Positions 20,333-30,122 are shown, numbered from the stretch's first letter. The stretch is 64,000 nucleotides of DNA from an uncultured cyanobacterium (GCA_963803805.1 CAWDOD010000002.1:768001-832000); one strand, 5' to 3'. Notes: generated from the sequence alone by a model not told the origin. A program made the numbers and translations.

Positions 20333-20419
20333 TCAAGCATCATAAGCAGAAATTTGATAATTAGCAGCAATTAAAAAAGCAGATTCCATTAGTTCAGTAG
20401 TAGATAAGCTGTCAGGCAT
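20333..20419 (-). pseudogene. PIN/VapC toxin C-terminal fragment
   Basis: MPDSLSTTELMESAFLIAANYQISAYDA*, resembling the PIN-domain isaYDA.Y segment. Confidence 0.55.
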
Positions 20420-20512
20420 TTAATTTACTTATTAGGTTTGATGGGGAGATAGGGAGATAGGGAGATGGGGGGAGGGTTTTAGGGCTTATTTCCTAGTTGA
20501 GTAATACACAGT

Positions 20513-20617
20513 TTAACGGTAGATGTATTCGTAGAGGACACTTTCAATACCTATGCGGCTACCTTTGATGCGGATGTCATCAGGGGCTAGAAAGTTGAAG
20601 TAATCTTGGATTTGCAT
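20513..20617 (-). pseudogene. Truncated DUF433 antitoxin
   Basis: MQIQDYFNFLAPDDIRIKGSRIGIESVLYEYIYR* stops after 34 aa. Confidence 0.7.
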
Positions 20618-20646
20618 ATCTATGAAATTTTGATTGATTTTAAAAC

Positions 20647-20991
20647 TTAACTTTCTGCTTCAATTGCTTCTGTTACTTGCTCAATTAGAGGTTCAAGATC
20701 GTTACTATATGTATCCCAGATAATATCTAAATTTACACTAAAGTAAGCATGAACTAATCTATTTCTCATACTAATTATATCTATCCAAGGAATTTCTGGA
20801 TATCTCTCCTTACAAGCACTAGAAACTTGATTTGCGGCTTCGCCAATAATTTCTAAGTCCTTAACTATAGCTAAAGTTAACACCCTATCCTCATCTAAAC
20901 TATCTCTTGATTTTCCAGCAACAAAATCAAGTATTTCTCTTGCTGCATCTCGCATATGTTGAAGGCGTGTCAAGTCGTCAATTGCTGTCAT
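20647..20991 (-). CDS. HepT-like HEPN ribonuclease toxin (DUF86)
   Basis: LEIIGEAA, IPW, RNRLVHAY (R-x4-H HEPN motif). Confidence 0.92.
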   Translation of the reverse strand: MTAIDDLTRLQHMRDAAREILDFVAGKSRDSLDEDRVLTLAIVKDLEIIGEAANQVSSACKERYPEIPWIDIISMRNRLVHAYFSVNLDIIWDTYSNDLEPLIEQVTEAIEAES

Positions 20992-21289
20992 ATTGTACTA
21001 ATGCCTCAGCTATGACGCGATCGCGGAAGTAAATACTTAATTCTTCAGGTGTTCTCAAATCAATTTTGCGTCCCCATAGCATCGTCGATAATTCTCTTTC
21101 CATTCTCGCTATCTTTAGGAAACCTGGGGTTTTTCCTGGCTCAAATTCTACCAAGAAATCAATGTCGCTATCAGGGCTAAAATCATCTCTTAATACTGAA
21201 CCAAATAGAGATAGTTTACGAATGTGGTGAAGTTGACAAAATTGAGCTAATTTTGCTGATTCTATTTTAATAGGTAAAGTTTTATTCAT
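20978..21289 (-). CDS. MntA-like minimal nucleotidyltransferase antitoxin
   Basis: LFGSVLRDDFSPDSDIDFLVEF; overlaps the HEPN gene. Confidence 0.92.
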   Translation of the reverse strand: MNKTLPIKIESAKLAQFCQLHHIRKLSLFGSVLRDDFSPDSDIDFLVEFEPGKTPGFLKIARMERELSTMLWGRKIDLRTPEELSIYFRDRVIAEALVQYDSN

Positions 21290-21348
21290 AAGTTTGCTTA
21301 ATTGCTATTATATTTTTGACTTTGTTCTCTAGCAAATTATTTAAAGGG

Positions 21349-21543
21349 TCAAAACCGACCAGTTTCAAAATCATCTAGCCCTTGTTGAATACCTTCAATT
21401 GCTGCTTGGGAATCTTCTAGTTCCCACTCTAAGATTTTTTTGAGTAGTTCGGCAGCAACTACGCTTATGTTTTGACCTCGTTTTCTGGCCTGTTCCCAGA
21501 GTTGTGCTTCTAACTCTGGACTCAAATCAATGCTGATTGTCAT
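21349..21543 (-). pseudogene. Antitoxin-like protein with nonsense-truncated C-terminus
   Basis: MTISIDLSPELEAQL...IQQGLDDFETGRF; the frame continues as *PFK*FAREQSQKYN, suggesting two premature stops. Confidence 0.55.
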
Positions 21544-21584
21544 CTCAATTTGGTTGTCTTTTTAAAGTTCTATTTTATCAAAAC

Positions 21585-21920
21585 CTAACCAACGGCGAAA
21601 TCTGTAAACTTACGTGCTAAAGGTTCATGAAATGCTATGACAATATCTTGCTTAGAGATACCCTGCTCAATTAGTTTATTGGCAAAGTCTACTTCTGTAC
21701 CATCATACTGAATCCAAACTTTGTTATCTTTAAGATCAATATGAATAGAACATCCGTAGATACGTCTGTGCTTGTTCCAACCAGTCCTAATTACTTGATA
21801 ATGCTCTCCTTGTTCATCAAAGCTAGTATAAACTTCAACATCGCCATAGGAAGGCTTTATATAGCTATACTCAGTGAGGATTTGTTTGACAATTGCACGA
21901 TGATGTTCTAGTTTTTCCAT
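21585..21920 (-). CDS. xisI: XisI family protein
   Basis: HYQVIRTGW, HIDLKDNKVWIQYDGTE, GISKQDIVIAF. Confidence 0.9.
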   Translation of the reverse strand: MEKLEHHRAIVKQILTEYSYIKPSYGDVEVYTSFDEQGEHYQVIRTGWNKHRRIYGCSIHIDLKDNKVWIQYDGTEVDFANKLIEQGISKQDIVIAFHEPLARKFTDFAVG

Positions 21921-22324
21921 TGTACGATTACCTCTTGGAATGGGTTGAATACAATTAATTTAAGCTGTACTTCTTCAATTATCATTTGGGTAAATCGTCT
22001 TGAGAAGAAGTCTTCATAACTAGCAAGGGGAACAGCAAGATACAGAGTTCTTTCTGGTTCTTCTGCTTTTAGAGCAAAACGGTAGTTGAAATATTGTCCT
22101 AAAGCAGTATGAAACTGATAAATTTCAGAGGTTCCCAGAAAGCTTTTGACTTCCACGGCAATTTTTTCCCCTTGTCTTTCTGCGCCAATTAATTTTTCTG
22201 CACCCAGATCAATTTTCATCGTTACATCACCAAAGTCTACATCCAAAGGATCATGGGTAATAGTCCAGCTTTCTTTTTCTAAAGTGTGGCGAACGGCATC
22301 ATGGTAGAAATCTTTAGCTGCCAT
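21908..22324 (-). CDS. xisH: XisH family protein
   Basis: MAAKDFYH, WTITHDPL, IDLGAEK, IAVEVKSF, ALGQY. Confidence 0.92.
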   Translation of the reverse strand: MAAKDFYHDAVRHTLEKESWTITHDPLDVDFGDVTMKIDLGAEKLIGAERQGEKIAVEVKSFLGTSEIYQFHTALGQYFNYRFALKAEEPERTLYLAVPLASYEDFFSRRFTQMIIEEVQLKLIVFNPFQEVIVQWKN

Positions 22325-22401
22325 CTATTTATCTTAATCGTCTCTGATTAATTTTATATATATTAGGCTGCCCTGGATATAGCTTGGCTTGCTTTGCGAT
22401 G

Positions 22402-22740
22402 TTAAGAAACTGCAAAATCTGTAATCTTCCGGCTTTCAAGAGTTTTGTAAGCTAGGACAATTTGTTGAGGAGGTATACCTAAATTAACAAGTTCGTTAGC
22501 AACGCCTTCTTCTGTACCATCTTGTTGTATCCAAATCTTTTGGTCAATAATATCGATATGAGTTAAAGTTCCATAGATACGTCTACTTTTATGCCAACCT
22601 ATGTCTACAAGTAGATAATGGTTACGAATTTCATCTATGACTAGTTGGCTTTCCGTTTCAGGATCGTTACTGATAAATTCAAGGTAGTCTTGTAAGACTT
22701 GAATTGTTGCTTGTTTGAGGTTGGTTTTTAGGGTATCCAT
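22402..22740 (-). CDS. xisI: XisI family protein (second copy)
   Basis: HYLLVDIGW, HIDIIDQKIWIQQDGTEEGVA, GIPPQQIVL. Confidence 0.9.
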   Translation of the reverse strand: MDTLKTNLKQATIQVLQDYLEFISNDPETESQLVIDEIRNHYLLVDIGWHKSRRIYGTLTHIDIIDQKIWIQQDGTEEGVANELVNLGIPPQQIVLAYKTLESRKITDFAVS

Positions 22741-22778
22741 TTAACAATTACCTCCTCTGTAGGATTAAAGCTAAAAAG
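22728..22778 (-). pseudogene. XisH C-terminal remnant
   Basis: LFSFNPTEEVIVKWIP* overlaps the xisI start, as does the intact xisH end LIVFNPFQEVIVQWKN*. Confidence 0.65.
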
Positions 22779-22783
22779 ACAGA

Positions 22784-23032
22784 TCATTTTATTCTTCCTC
22801 CTTCTCTAATTAATTCTGTACTATCGAGCCATTGAATATTAGTTTGAGTTGCTCGTTTTTTCTTTCTTGCTTCTATATTGGCAAGAATGATTTTGGCATT
22901 TTTACGTCTTTCTTCCCAAGTAGGATCAGTTTCAGGAGAAAGGTTGATTTTTAGAGTTGTTTCAGTTTTTGCTAATGCTGTTTTTAAGAGTTCAATTGCT
23001 TGCTCATTAACAGAATTGATAGTAAAAATCAT
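22784..23032 (-). CDS. Small hypothetical, antitoxin-like protein
   Basis: 82 aa; C-terminal DSTELIRE resembles the ends of VapB-type partners. Confidence 0.5.
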   Translation of the reverse strand: MIFTINSVNEQAIELLKTALAKTETTLKINLSPETDPTWEERRKNAKIILANIEARKKKRATQTNIQWLDSTELIREGGRIK

Positions 23033-23062
23033 GTATATAAAAATAATAAATTTAATTTCCCT

Positions 23063-24112
23063 TTAAACTAGCTTGAACCAATATTTATAATTTTTTACCT
23101 TATCAATAAGCTTTACATTTTTAATGTGAACCTCGTATCTAGTATTAGTATTAAGGTTATCTATTTTCCAACTCAAGATGTTTCCAAGTCCAGGCATATC
23201 ATTGCTATAATCTATTGCATTAACTTTAACTGATTTTTCATTTTCATCTAATATTTCAATATTGACATTTGAAAAATCTACTTTTTGGCTATTCTTTATA
23301 CTTATTTTATCTGCTACTACACTAAAAGATAAAGCAGGATAACCTTCTGAGTTTTGCAGAAATAATTCAGAGGGATATTCGTTATAAGGATACGCGATAA
23401 AATTAGGCTCTAAAGACATCAAGTTTTCTGGTCTGTAGTTTTCAATACGAATTGCCATACTACTTATTTGATAGGCTCTGATTTCCTCTCCGTTTTTCTT
23501 GATTGATTGTTTCTGGAGCGATCCATCAAACCGACCAAAAGATAACTCTGAAACAAAAGGATTTAAAAAAACAAATCTTTTAAAAGTTTTCCTGTTGAAA
23601 GCAGCTTCTAATAATTCTTTTGTACTAACAAATTTATTAAGATATTGATCATTTGTAGTCGTTACCGATGTAGGCACATAAATCAAAGATGTTTGCACAG
23701 TGTCTTGCTGGCTTTCTGATGTAGAATTAGACCAACATCTATAGTTTTTATTAGGTTTGCCGTTTTTGTCATGGTTAGAGGCTCTTACTAAAGCAGCTTC
23801 TGAAGCGCGATATTCGTCCTTATACCGATAAGTAATTGGTCTTAAATTGTGTAGTATTCTAATTCTGTTTACGGTTTCAACAAATTCCTGAATTTCAGTA
23901 TCTCTTAAGATACCTTTAATACATTTTTTAGAACTAGGAATAGTAGTGTAAATGCTTTCAATACTGATTTTGGTATCATCTACTCTAACTTTTTCCATAC
24001 CAAGTTTTTCTAATCGCTTTTTGTTTAATCCTTTCAAGAAATAGTTACCAAGTGATACGGTAAGCAAAAGAATAATTAAAGATAAAATATTTTTATTTAA
24101 CCTAATTTTCAT
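23063..24112 (-). CDS. Membrane-anchored CAP/SCP-like domain protein with C-terminal Ig-like domain
   Basis: N-terminal TM segment; VNRIRILHNLRPI...EAAL; C-terminal NTRYEVHIKNV...YKYWFKL; very AT-rich. Confidence 0.6.
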   Translation of the reverse strand: MKIRLNKNILSLIILLLTVSLGNYFLKGLNKKRLEKLGMEKVRVDDTKISIESIYTTIPSSKKCIKGILRDTEIQEFVETVNRIRILHNLRPITYRYKDEYRASEAALVRASNHDKNGKPNKNYRCWSNSTSESQQDTVQTSLIYVPTSVTTTNDQYLNKFVSTKELLEAAFNRKTFKRFVFLNPFVSELSFGRFDGSLQKQSIKKNGEEIRAYQISSMAIRIENYRPENLMSLEPNFIAYPYNEYPSELFLQNSEGYPALSFSVVADKISIKNSQKVDFSNVNIEILDENEKSVKVNAIDYSNDMPGLGNILSWKIDNLNTNTRYEVHIKNVKLIDKVKNYKYWFKLV

Positions 24113-24149
24113 TTTTAGCTGCCTTACTTTCCGTTAGCTTATACTTATG

Positions 24150-27100
24150 TCATTCTCTAAAAAAAGGCTTATACCCATTGTTGTACCAGATTGATACATC
24201 AAAAAGATTGTCAATTTCCTGAGCAGTAAAAGGATTTTTCCCAATGGCTAAAGAATCAATCCATTCTTGACGGTTGATTTCTTGGTGCTTTGAATCATCT
24301 AATTCTATTGACTCCTGAAGGTCTTTAATAGCTGCCTCAAAGTTATTAACCAGAGCAAATGCTAAAGCTCGACTTGTTAGTGCATAAGCTCTCATCCATT
24401 CCTTATCTGCAAGTTCTACAGCTTTATTACAAGCCGTCATCACCTTAGAAGCTTGTTTGTGTAAGCTACCAAACCAGCAAAGCTGATTCCAAGAAGATGC
24501 TGGGATTCCTATTTCTGGCTCCGATGGTCGTTGTTTTGCATAAATCTCTGCAAACTGCTGAGCCTCTTTAAAAACATCAATTGCCTCGTCAATTTGCCCC
24601 TGTCTTGCCAAAGCTTCTCCTCTAGTAACTAAGGCTGGTATCACTAAGCGTAATACTTCCAATTCAGGATTCAAGACTAAAGTTTTGTCCATCTCAATTG
24701 CTTGTTTGAATTTTGCTAATGCGGCTTTTGTTTTCCCTTGTCTGGCAAAATGACTACCTTGATCAATTAATAATTGAACGGATAATTTAGCATCATTGCA
24801 TAGCTGACGATCATCATTAGCTACGTTAGAATTATTTTTGATATATTCATTAATCCAATAACAACCGCGTTGTATTAAATCATCTAAATCTAAATTCCAT
24901 ATAATCCCTGGTTCATAACCTGTTGAAGCTAGTTTCATTCCATTCGAGCTGAAACTTACGCTACTTATTCCTGAACTTATTCCTTTTGTCTGCTCTTCTG
25001 TGTTTAAATTAGAAATCAAATTACCATCATAATTCCAGAGCTTTATGACATTATTGCCCCCACCAGAAGCAATAATACTATATCTATAATTGTGGTCTAA
25101 ACTACTCACTTTACCATCGTTACCTGTGAGAGTTTTTCGTAAATTACCGTCTAAAGTCCATGTTTTTATAGTACTATTAAAATCAAAGTCAGAATTGCTT
25201 GATGCACCGGCTGAAATCAAAAGATTTTCTTGGGGAATAATGAGTACATCCAGAGCATTTTCTCCATGTGTAATTCTATGCTGTAAACGGTTATCTGTAT
25301 TCCAGAATTTTATATCTTTATCATAACCACCTGTAACAATTTGATTGTTTGGTGTAAATTGAACACTTTCTAAAGAATCTTCTGTCTCAATTCTGCTTGA
25401 AACTAAATTAACATTAAATATTCGACTATTTTGACGAGCTATTTCTAAAGTATATCTAGAGCCTTCCTGCTTTGCATTATCTAAAAACTCATTAAGAAAA
25501 TCACGAAAATTTCTGACTCCTATATTACTCAAATTGGTTCCATTAATACTTACAATACGATCTCCTACTGTCAAACCTGCTAATTGTGCTGGTGAATTAT
25601 TAACAACTCTACCAATAATCAAACTTTGCGCTTTATTATCTGGGATTGGATAAAAACCTAACCCAACATAGTAGTTTCTCCACTTACTTATTTCTCTGCC
25701 AGATAAATTCCAAGTTCTGATTGTACTATCTCCCCCTACTGTAACTACTCTTTTACCATCAGGGCTGAAATCTATATCATTAACATAGTCTCTAGAGTCT
25801 CTCCCAGGATTATCTACTTCATCTTCTCTTCCATGTCCATAAAAAGTCTGTATTAGTTCTCCATTACGCTGCCAAATTTTTGCTGTCTTATCTTCACTAG
25901 CAGAAGCAATGATTTTGCCATCAGGACTAAACTTAACTTTGGTAATATTTTGTTGATGTGCTTTGATAGTATTAATTAATATGCCATTGTGATTATAAAG
26001 CTGAATATTTTTACCATTTGCGTGAGCAATTGTTCGATCGTCTGGGCTAAAACTGATACTACTTCCACCATTATTGAGCTTAGTTAAAGGAATACCATCA
26101 AGCTCCCAAAATTTAATCGTCGTATCCTGACTAGCAGAAGCTAAAGTTTTGCCATCTGGACTAAACTTCACGCTAGTAATGAAGCTACGGTGTCCCTCAA
26201 TGGTTTTAATTAACTTGCTGTCACGTTGCCAGATTTTGATTGTATTATCATAACCAGCAGAAGCAATAGTTTGACCATCACGACTAAAAGTTATACTCCG
26301 TATCCCACGACTATGACCAGAAAAAGTATTAATTAAAGTTCCATCGAGATTCCATAAATTTATTTCGCTCCCTATAGATGCAAGAATGCGCTGACCATCA
26401 GGACTAAAAGTGACAGTGTTCCAATCTGACACTTTGGGTTCTCCCTTTCCTACCAAATTTTTAACAAGTTTCCCATCACGACCATAAAGTCTGATGATAG
26501 AAAGATTAGAGTCACTAGCTGGAGTAAAACGACTAGCTAATGCAATTAGTTGACTATCTGGACTGAAAGTAGCACTTGTAATTTCTTCATCACTGTCAGT
26601 TAATTTAGCTAATAGTTGACCATTAATATCCCAAAGTTTAGCCCCCTGTCTTCCAGCAGAAATTATACTTTTTCCATCCGGACTAAACTTTACGTCAAAA
26701 ATCAGACTACCATCATGTTCAAGGTTGGCAATAAGTTGATTATCTAAAGTCCTCAATTGAACTAAATTATTGCCTCCTAATGCGATCACTTTACCATCAG
26801 GACTAAAAGTTAAACTTTTTGAACCTCCTGATAATGAAGCACCATTCAATTGTCTTAAAAAGCTTCCATCAGCTTTCCATAGCCGAACGCTATTTAAGCC
26901 CGATGAAGCAATAAATTCACCATCAGGACTAAAGTCTATCATCGTAACTTCTGATGAATGCCCATCTAAACGATTACGTTCTTGAATTCCATAAACTATT
27001 TCTCTTAAAGCTGTGATGACCTTGATTTCTGTCTCAAGTTTTGCTTTACCAGAGCGTTTCAATTCCTGTAATCGCTTTCCCACTTTTACTGCTTGTACTA

Positions 27101-29318
27101 TGGCATCAAGTTCTTGATTAAGTGTAAAACGCGATTGAGCGTCGGTGATATCAGTAATGACCTGATTGTTGATACTTTGGATTTGAGCATTGCGCCATTG
27201 GAAAAATGCAACAATACCGGCTATGCTCACTAAAATAGTGGAAATAATTGCCACTCTTGTACGGGATTGAGCAGCTTTTCTAGCCTGTCTTTCTTGCTTT
27301 AACTCTCTATCTCTTCTTTCATTTTCCTCTTTAATGATGCGATCGCGCTCTTTCCGACTCTCCCTAACAAACTCCCTCGCCAAACCAGACAAAGGAACAA
27401 TCTCAACCTTCTCCTCAACAAACTCCTCCGCCTCCCCTAACTTCACTCCCTCCAAAAAATAGCCCTTGCCTTCCTCTTCTGTGGGCTTACCTTGTGCCTG
27501 CCATTCCTCAGCAGCCCTCTGGATCTTCCTTTCTGTCCTAATCGCCTCTCGATTATTTTCCAACAAATTCTGCAACCATAACCAATTGCCAATCAACGCC
27601 TCATGAATAATCTCAACAGTTTCTTGTTCCGTTTCCTCTCTTCTATTCGTCACCACCAAACGCACAGAAGCCAACCTCGTCACCAAATCCCAATTATCTT
27701 CCCCCACTTCATCACGGGTAGCAATGCGGCGAGTATCTTCTGTTCCTTCCCCTGGTTGCACCAACTGAATAAAAATTCGTTCTGCCCGCTTCTTATCCTC
27801 CTTACTTAAACTGGCATATTTCCCCTCGGCATACTTAGCCAAAGCCCCTTCCACACCACCAATTTCTTCATAAACCTCATGGGTTAACAGGCCATGTTGC
27901 TGTTTTGCCCATAACAATTCCAAAGCAAACTCCAAGGAAGGCAAATTTCCCGGTTCCTTCTCCACCGCCTGCAAAATCCGTTCCGTTAACCCAGACTCAA
28001 TCCTCACTCCCAACTTTTGTGCGGGTTTTTCAATAGCCCCTTGCAACTCTTCCCGGTTCATAGGGCCAAGTTTGCGGTCAGCATCTTGCAAAGCATCAGC
28101 GAAAGGACGATAATCAAGAGCATAGCCTAAAAAGTCTGCCCGTAAAGTTAGCACTAACTTGAAGTTCTCTATATCGTTGACTGCTGACAACAATTGCTCT
28201 AAAAATAACTGACGTTCTGTATTATCTCGACAAAGGGTGTAGATTTCTTCAAATTGGTCGGCTATGAGTAACAAGTAAGTGCAGTTGTTCTTTTCTAAAA
28301 TACGCTCTATTACATCCCGTAATTCTATCTTTCCTTGCTGCAACTTTTTAGCTTGTTCGTTAATCTTCTCAAGGCGAATATCTTCATCTGTTTCCCTTTG
28401 CCACAGAGGAAATAACTTTGCGGCTAAGTTACGAAAAGGGCGATCGCCGGGACGAAATACCTCAATTAACCAACCTTCCTCTCCACGCAACTGAGGAACT
28501 AACCCAGCAAAGACAACAGAAGACTTACCACTTCCAGAAGCCCCAATTACTGCCACCAGAGGCTGTGTCTGTACCGCTTGTACCAACTGCTGAGTAAACG
28601 TTTCTCTACCAAAGAAAAACTCTGTATCCTCTTCTCGGAAAGCAAACAAACCCCGATAGGGAGAAGTAGAAATAATCTGCTCTTCTAATTCTGGACAAGC
28701 ATTGATAAGCTGGTCTATGGGAATAATAAAGGCAGCCCTAACTTCTGGTCGCAGACTATCAATAGCCACCGTCATACCAACAACAACCTCTAGTAGCTCA
28801 TCCCAAACCGGAGAACCACTAAAACCTGGTTCAATAGGATAAGCAGAAGATGGGGGAACTTCTATCTGTACTCGACCATTTGCTTGTCGCTCTCTGATAA
28901 TGCCATCAGTATAAACGCCAACCTCTTGCCCTTGGGGAAAACCAAAAACTTGAAAAGAATGCTTCCACAGGTTTTCTGTTCTAACCAGTCGTACAGGCTG
29001 AGTTCCTGGTGGTAAGGGATTTTCTAGTTCTAACAAAGCTATGTCAGCCCCAGTCTCCGGTAAAATAGAGGGACTCGGTTGGACTGGTAGCCAGCGAATA
29101 ACTCGCCCTCTGAGAATGTTTTTCGATGCTATTAAGGGAAAATCTAAATGAATTTCTTGATTTGGTTCATTTGGGGCATTTAACGGTTGACCAATTGCTG
29201 CATTAATCACATGGGCGCAGGTGAGAACATATTTATCGGAGACAAGAAAACCTGCACCAACAACTTTTCCGTTGGTTTGACGAATTCGGGCAACAGCAAA
29301 CTTCAATTGGCTAGTCAT
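24150..29318 (-). CDS. Trypsin-like protease + nSTAND1 NTPase + TM + WD40 repeats with PDZ insert + TPR
   Basis: Triad LTCAH / DIALL / GFSGSP; PYRGLFAF, GASGSGKSS, DQFEE; TM VAIISTILVSIAGIVAFF; WD repeats; PDZ-like SPAQLAGLTVGDRIVSING; TPR-like RGEALARQGQIDEAI. Confidence 0.9.
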   Translation of the reverse strand: MTSQLKFAVARIRQTNGKVVGAGFLVSDKYVLTCAHVINAAIGQPLNAPNEPNQEIHLDFPLIASKNILRGRVIRWLPVQPSPSILPETGADIALLELENPLPPGTQPVRLVRTENLWKHSFQVFGFPQGQEVGVYTDGIIRERQANGRVQIEVPPSSAYPIEPGFSGSPVWDELLEVVVGMTVAIDSLRPEVRAAFIIPIDQLINACPELEEQIISTSPYRGLFAFREEDTEFFFGRETFTQQLVQAVQTQPLVAVIGASGSGKSSVVFAGLVPQLRGEEGWLIEVFRPGDRPFRNLAAKLFPLWQRETDEDIRLEKINEQAKKLQQGKIELRDVIERILEKNNCTYLLLIADQFEEIYTLCRDNTERQLFLEQLLSAVNDIENFKLVLTLRADFLGYALDYRPFADALQDADRKLGPMNREELQGAIEKPAQKLGVRIESGLTERILQAVEKEPGNLPSLEFALELLWAKQQHGLLTHEVYEEIGGVEGALAKYAEGKYASLSKEDKKRAERIFIQLVQPGEGTEDTRRIATRDEVGEDNWDLVTRLASVRLVVTNRREETEQETVEIIHEALIGNWLWLQNLLENNREAIRTERKIQRAAEEWQAQGKPTEEEGKGYFLEGVKLGEAEEFVEEKVEIVPLSGLAREFVRESRKERDRIIKEENERRDRELKQERQARKAAQSRTRVAIISTILVSIAGIVAFFQWRNAQIQSINNQVITDITDAQSRFTLNQELDAIVQAVKVGKRLQELKRSGKAKLETEIKVITALREIVYGIQERNRLDGHSSEVTMIDFSPDGEFIASSGLNSVRLWKADGSFLRQLNGASLSGGSKSLTFSPDGKVIALGGNNLVQLRTLDNQLIANLEHDGSLIFDVKFSPDGKSIISAGRQGAKLWDINGQLLAKLTDSDEEITSATFSPDSQLIALASRFTPASDSNLSIIRLYGRDGKLVKNLVGKGEPKVSDWNTVTFSPDGQRILASIGSEINLWNLDGTLINTFSGHSRGIRSITFSRDGQTIASAGYDNTIKIWQRDSKLIKTIEGHRSFITSVKFSPDGKTLASASQDTTIKFWELDGIPLTKLNNGGSSISFSPDDRTIAHANGKNIQLYNHNGILINTIKAHQQNITKVKFSPDGKIIASASEDKTAKIWQRNGELIQTFYGHGREDEVDNPGRDSRDYVNDIDFSPDGKRVVTVGGDSTIRTWNLSGREISKWRNYYVGLGFYPIPDNKAQSLIIGRVVNNSPAQLAGLTVGDRIVSINGTNLSNIGVRNFRDFLNEFLDNAKQEGSRYTLEIARQNSRIFNVNLVSSRIETEDSLESVQFTPNNQIVTGGYDKDIKFWNTDNRLQHRITHGENALDVLIIPQENLLISAGASSNSDFDFNSTIKTWTLDGNLRKTLTGNDGKVSSLDHNYRYSIIASGGGNNVIKLWNYDGNLISNLNTEEQTKGISSGISSVSFSSNGMKLASTGYEPGIIWNLDLDDLIQRGCYWINEYIKNNSNVANDDRQLCNDAKLSVQLLIDQGSHFARQGKTKAALAKFKQAIEMDKTLVLNPELEVLRLVIPALVTRGEALARQGQIDEAIDVFKEAQQFAEIYAKQRPSEPEIGIPASSWNQLCWFGSLHKQASKVMTACNKAVELADKEWMRAYALTSRALAFALVNNFEAAIKDLQESIELDDSKHQEINRQEWIDSLAIGKNPFTAQEIDNLFDVSIWYNNGYKPFFRE

Positions 29319-29373
29319 GGGATTTTAGGTTGTAGGTTTGAGATGTCCCCTAAAAAGACTAATATTCAAGTAA

Positions 29374-29407
29374 ATGTTGGGTTGTGCTGTCGCTTAACCC
29401 AAGCTAC
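29374..29407. repeat. REP-like hairpin
   Basis: tgttgggtt...aacccaagctac, related to 4054-4139. Confidence 0.45.
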
Positions 29408-29427
29408 AGGATTTTGTGCAAGTGATA

Positions 29428-29757
29428 TCACTTCTTCCACTTCAAAGTTATTTCGTAGTTACCTTCTACATTAGCAGAAGCAATAACAGCACCCATTTCT
29501 GCTGTCATCTTAACTCCAAATTTCACCTCTACTTCATCAGGAGAATCTTTTAACTCGCGGATTTTACCAATAATATTGCTAGCAACTGGTTTAATGCTAT
29601 CCATAGCCTCAGCAAAAGAGGTTTGGGCTTTAACGACAATTTGTTGCCCAGGGTAATTTGCTACTAAACCTTCATCTACTTCATTACTTGGCAACTCTTC
29701 TACTTCTACCAAAATAGAGTCATCACCTTCGAGGCGAAATTCAATTAAGGGTTTCAC
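29428..29757 (-). CDS. Trypsin-co-occurring domain 1 protein (Trypco1, CU044_2847 family)
   Basis: ILVEV, SPDEVEVKFGVKMTAEMGAVIA, NYEITLKW; immediately upstream of a trypsin-domain gene. Confidence 0.85.
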   Translation of the reverse strand: MKPLIEFRLEGDDSILVEVEELPSNEVDEGLVANYPGQQIVVKAQTSFAEAMDSIKPVASNIIGKIRELKDSPDEVEVKFGVKMTAEMGAVIASANVEGNYEITLKWKK

Positions 29758-30005
29758 TATTAACCTCTGTTCTAGATATTTTTGTTGTTGAATTACCAGT
29801 GAATTATAGTTTTCCTTTTCAAAGACTCGCTGATATCATTAGACACAATTTTTACAATTTGGCTAGCTTGTGGCCCGGCTAACAAGTAATACAGCACCTT
29901 GAAACTCATTAGGTACATTATTTTAATGTCAAACTGTTCACTAATAACTTTTTGCTGGGTCAACCTCACCTTAAGCTAATCAATCCTGTAGGCTTTACAA
30001 AAATA

Positions 30006-30063
30006 ACACTATCAATAGTGGGTTTTTGCGTATAATACTGATCCATTACACTGTCTATGGTGT
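30006..30063 (+). promoter_or_regulatory. Two NrdR boxes flanking a TATAAT -10 element
   Basis: acactatcaatagtgg (30006-30021) and acactgtctatggtgt (30048-30063), starts 42 bp apart, each matching acaCwAtATaTwGtgt at 13/16; TATAAT at 30031-30036. Confidence 0.75.
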
Positions 30064-30122
30064 TCGATTTGCTTACGGCACATCAAGCAGTCTCAATAAA
30101 GTTAGAACTTATTACATCAGGT

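Noticed and set aside
21585-22740. fdxN-type excision element implied by xisH/xisI
   Set aside because: No xisF-like serine recombinase, interrupted host gene or flanking direct repeats were seen.
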